A stretch of DNA of 64,000 nt from an uncultured Planctomycetales bacterium (GTDB lineage: Bacteria; Omnitrophota; Gorgyraeia; Zapsychrales; Fredricksoniimonadaceae): NCBI GenBank assembly GCA_964483535.1, contig CAZABZ010000001.1, forward strand, positions 8,594-72,593; not shown here. Direction: 5' to 3'. Below are more notes on the stretch, generated by a model. That model was not told the DNA's origin. It made no database searches and was given only the letters and a program-made list of their open reading frames with translations. Numbering within the stretch: position 1 is the first letter of the stretch.

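Noticed and set aside
5748-63617. Numerous 60-221-aa ORFs overlapping the giant ORF (e.g. 24653-25318, 5748-6278, 43107-43586)
   Set aside because: Antisense or alternate-frame shadows of a clearly coding frame, with no recognisable motifs.
63989-63991. ATG 63991 as the start of the giant gene
   Set aside because: The frame stays open to the window edge, no signal peptide follows, and the Met lies within a repeat unit.
5549-64000. NRPS/PKS as the explanation for the ORF size
   Set aside because: No condensation, adenylation, ketosynthase or carrier-protein motifs seen.

Overview
Bacterial DNA with only four credible genes; no RNA genes, CRISPR arrays or transposases were seen. (1) The 3' part of mutL (+ strand, running in from the left edge). 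(2) A convergent 1,295-aa secreted protein with conserved-looking termini and an AT-rich middle bounded by 'DKAM' motifs. (3) A stand-alone PilZ (c-di-GMP receptor) gene. (4) One uninterrupted minus-strand ORF of at least 19,480 codons (5549..>64000) that is still open at the right edge. N to C, the giant protein reads as: ~230-aa beta-rich repeats; a long Gly/Ala hydrophobic tract; TPRs; two SecA-like/SF2 ATPase modules separated by HExxH motifs; a transmembrane bundle; an internal signal-peptide-like segment opening a ~3,100-aa probably extracytoplasmic arm (coiled coil, T4-type lysozyme, glycosidase-like helical block, YD-like beta region); an FKS/GT48 1,3-beta-glucan-synthase-like membrane module; then a chain of cytoplasmic enzyme folds (B12 radical SAM, DUF218, NAGPA-like, aldolase-like barrel, PPDK N and His domains, NadD-like nucleotidyltransferase, P-loop kinase, long RelA/SpoT). 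The RelA/SpoT module sits between two in-frame ~380-bp direct repeats exactly 2,400 bp apart. This organisation matches what I recall of Candidatus Omnitrophota (OP3) giant genes; that taxon call is an inference. All domain calls come from reading motifs by eye, no searches were run, and internal boundaries are approximate.
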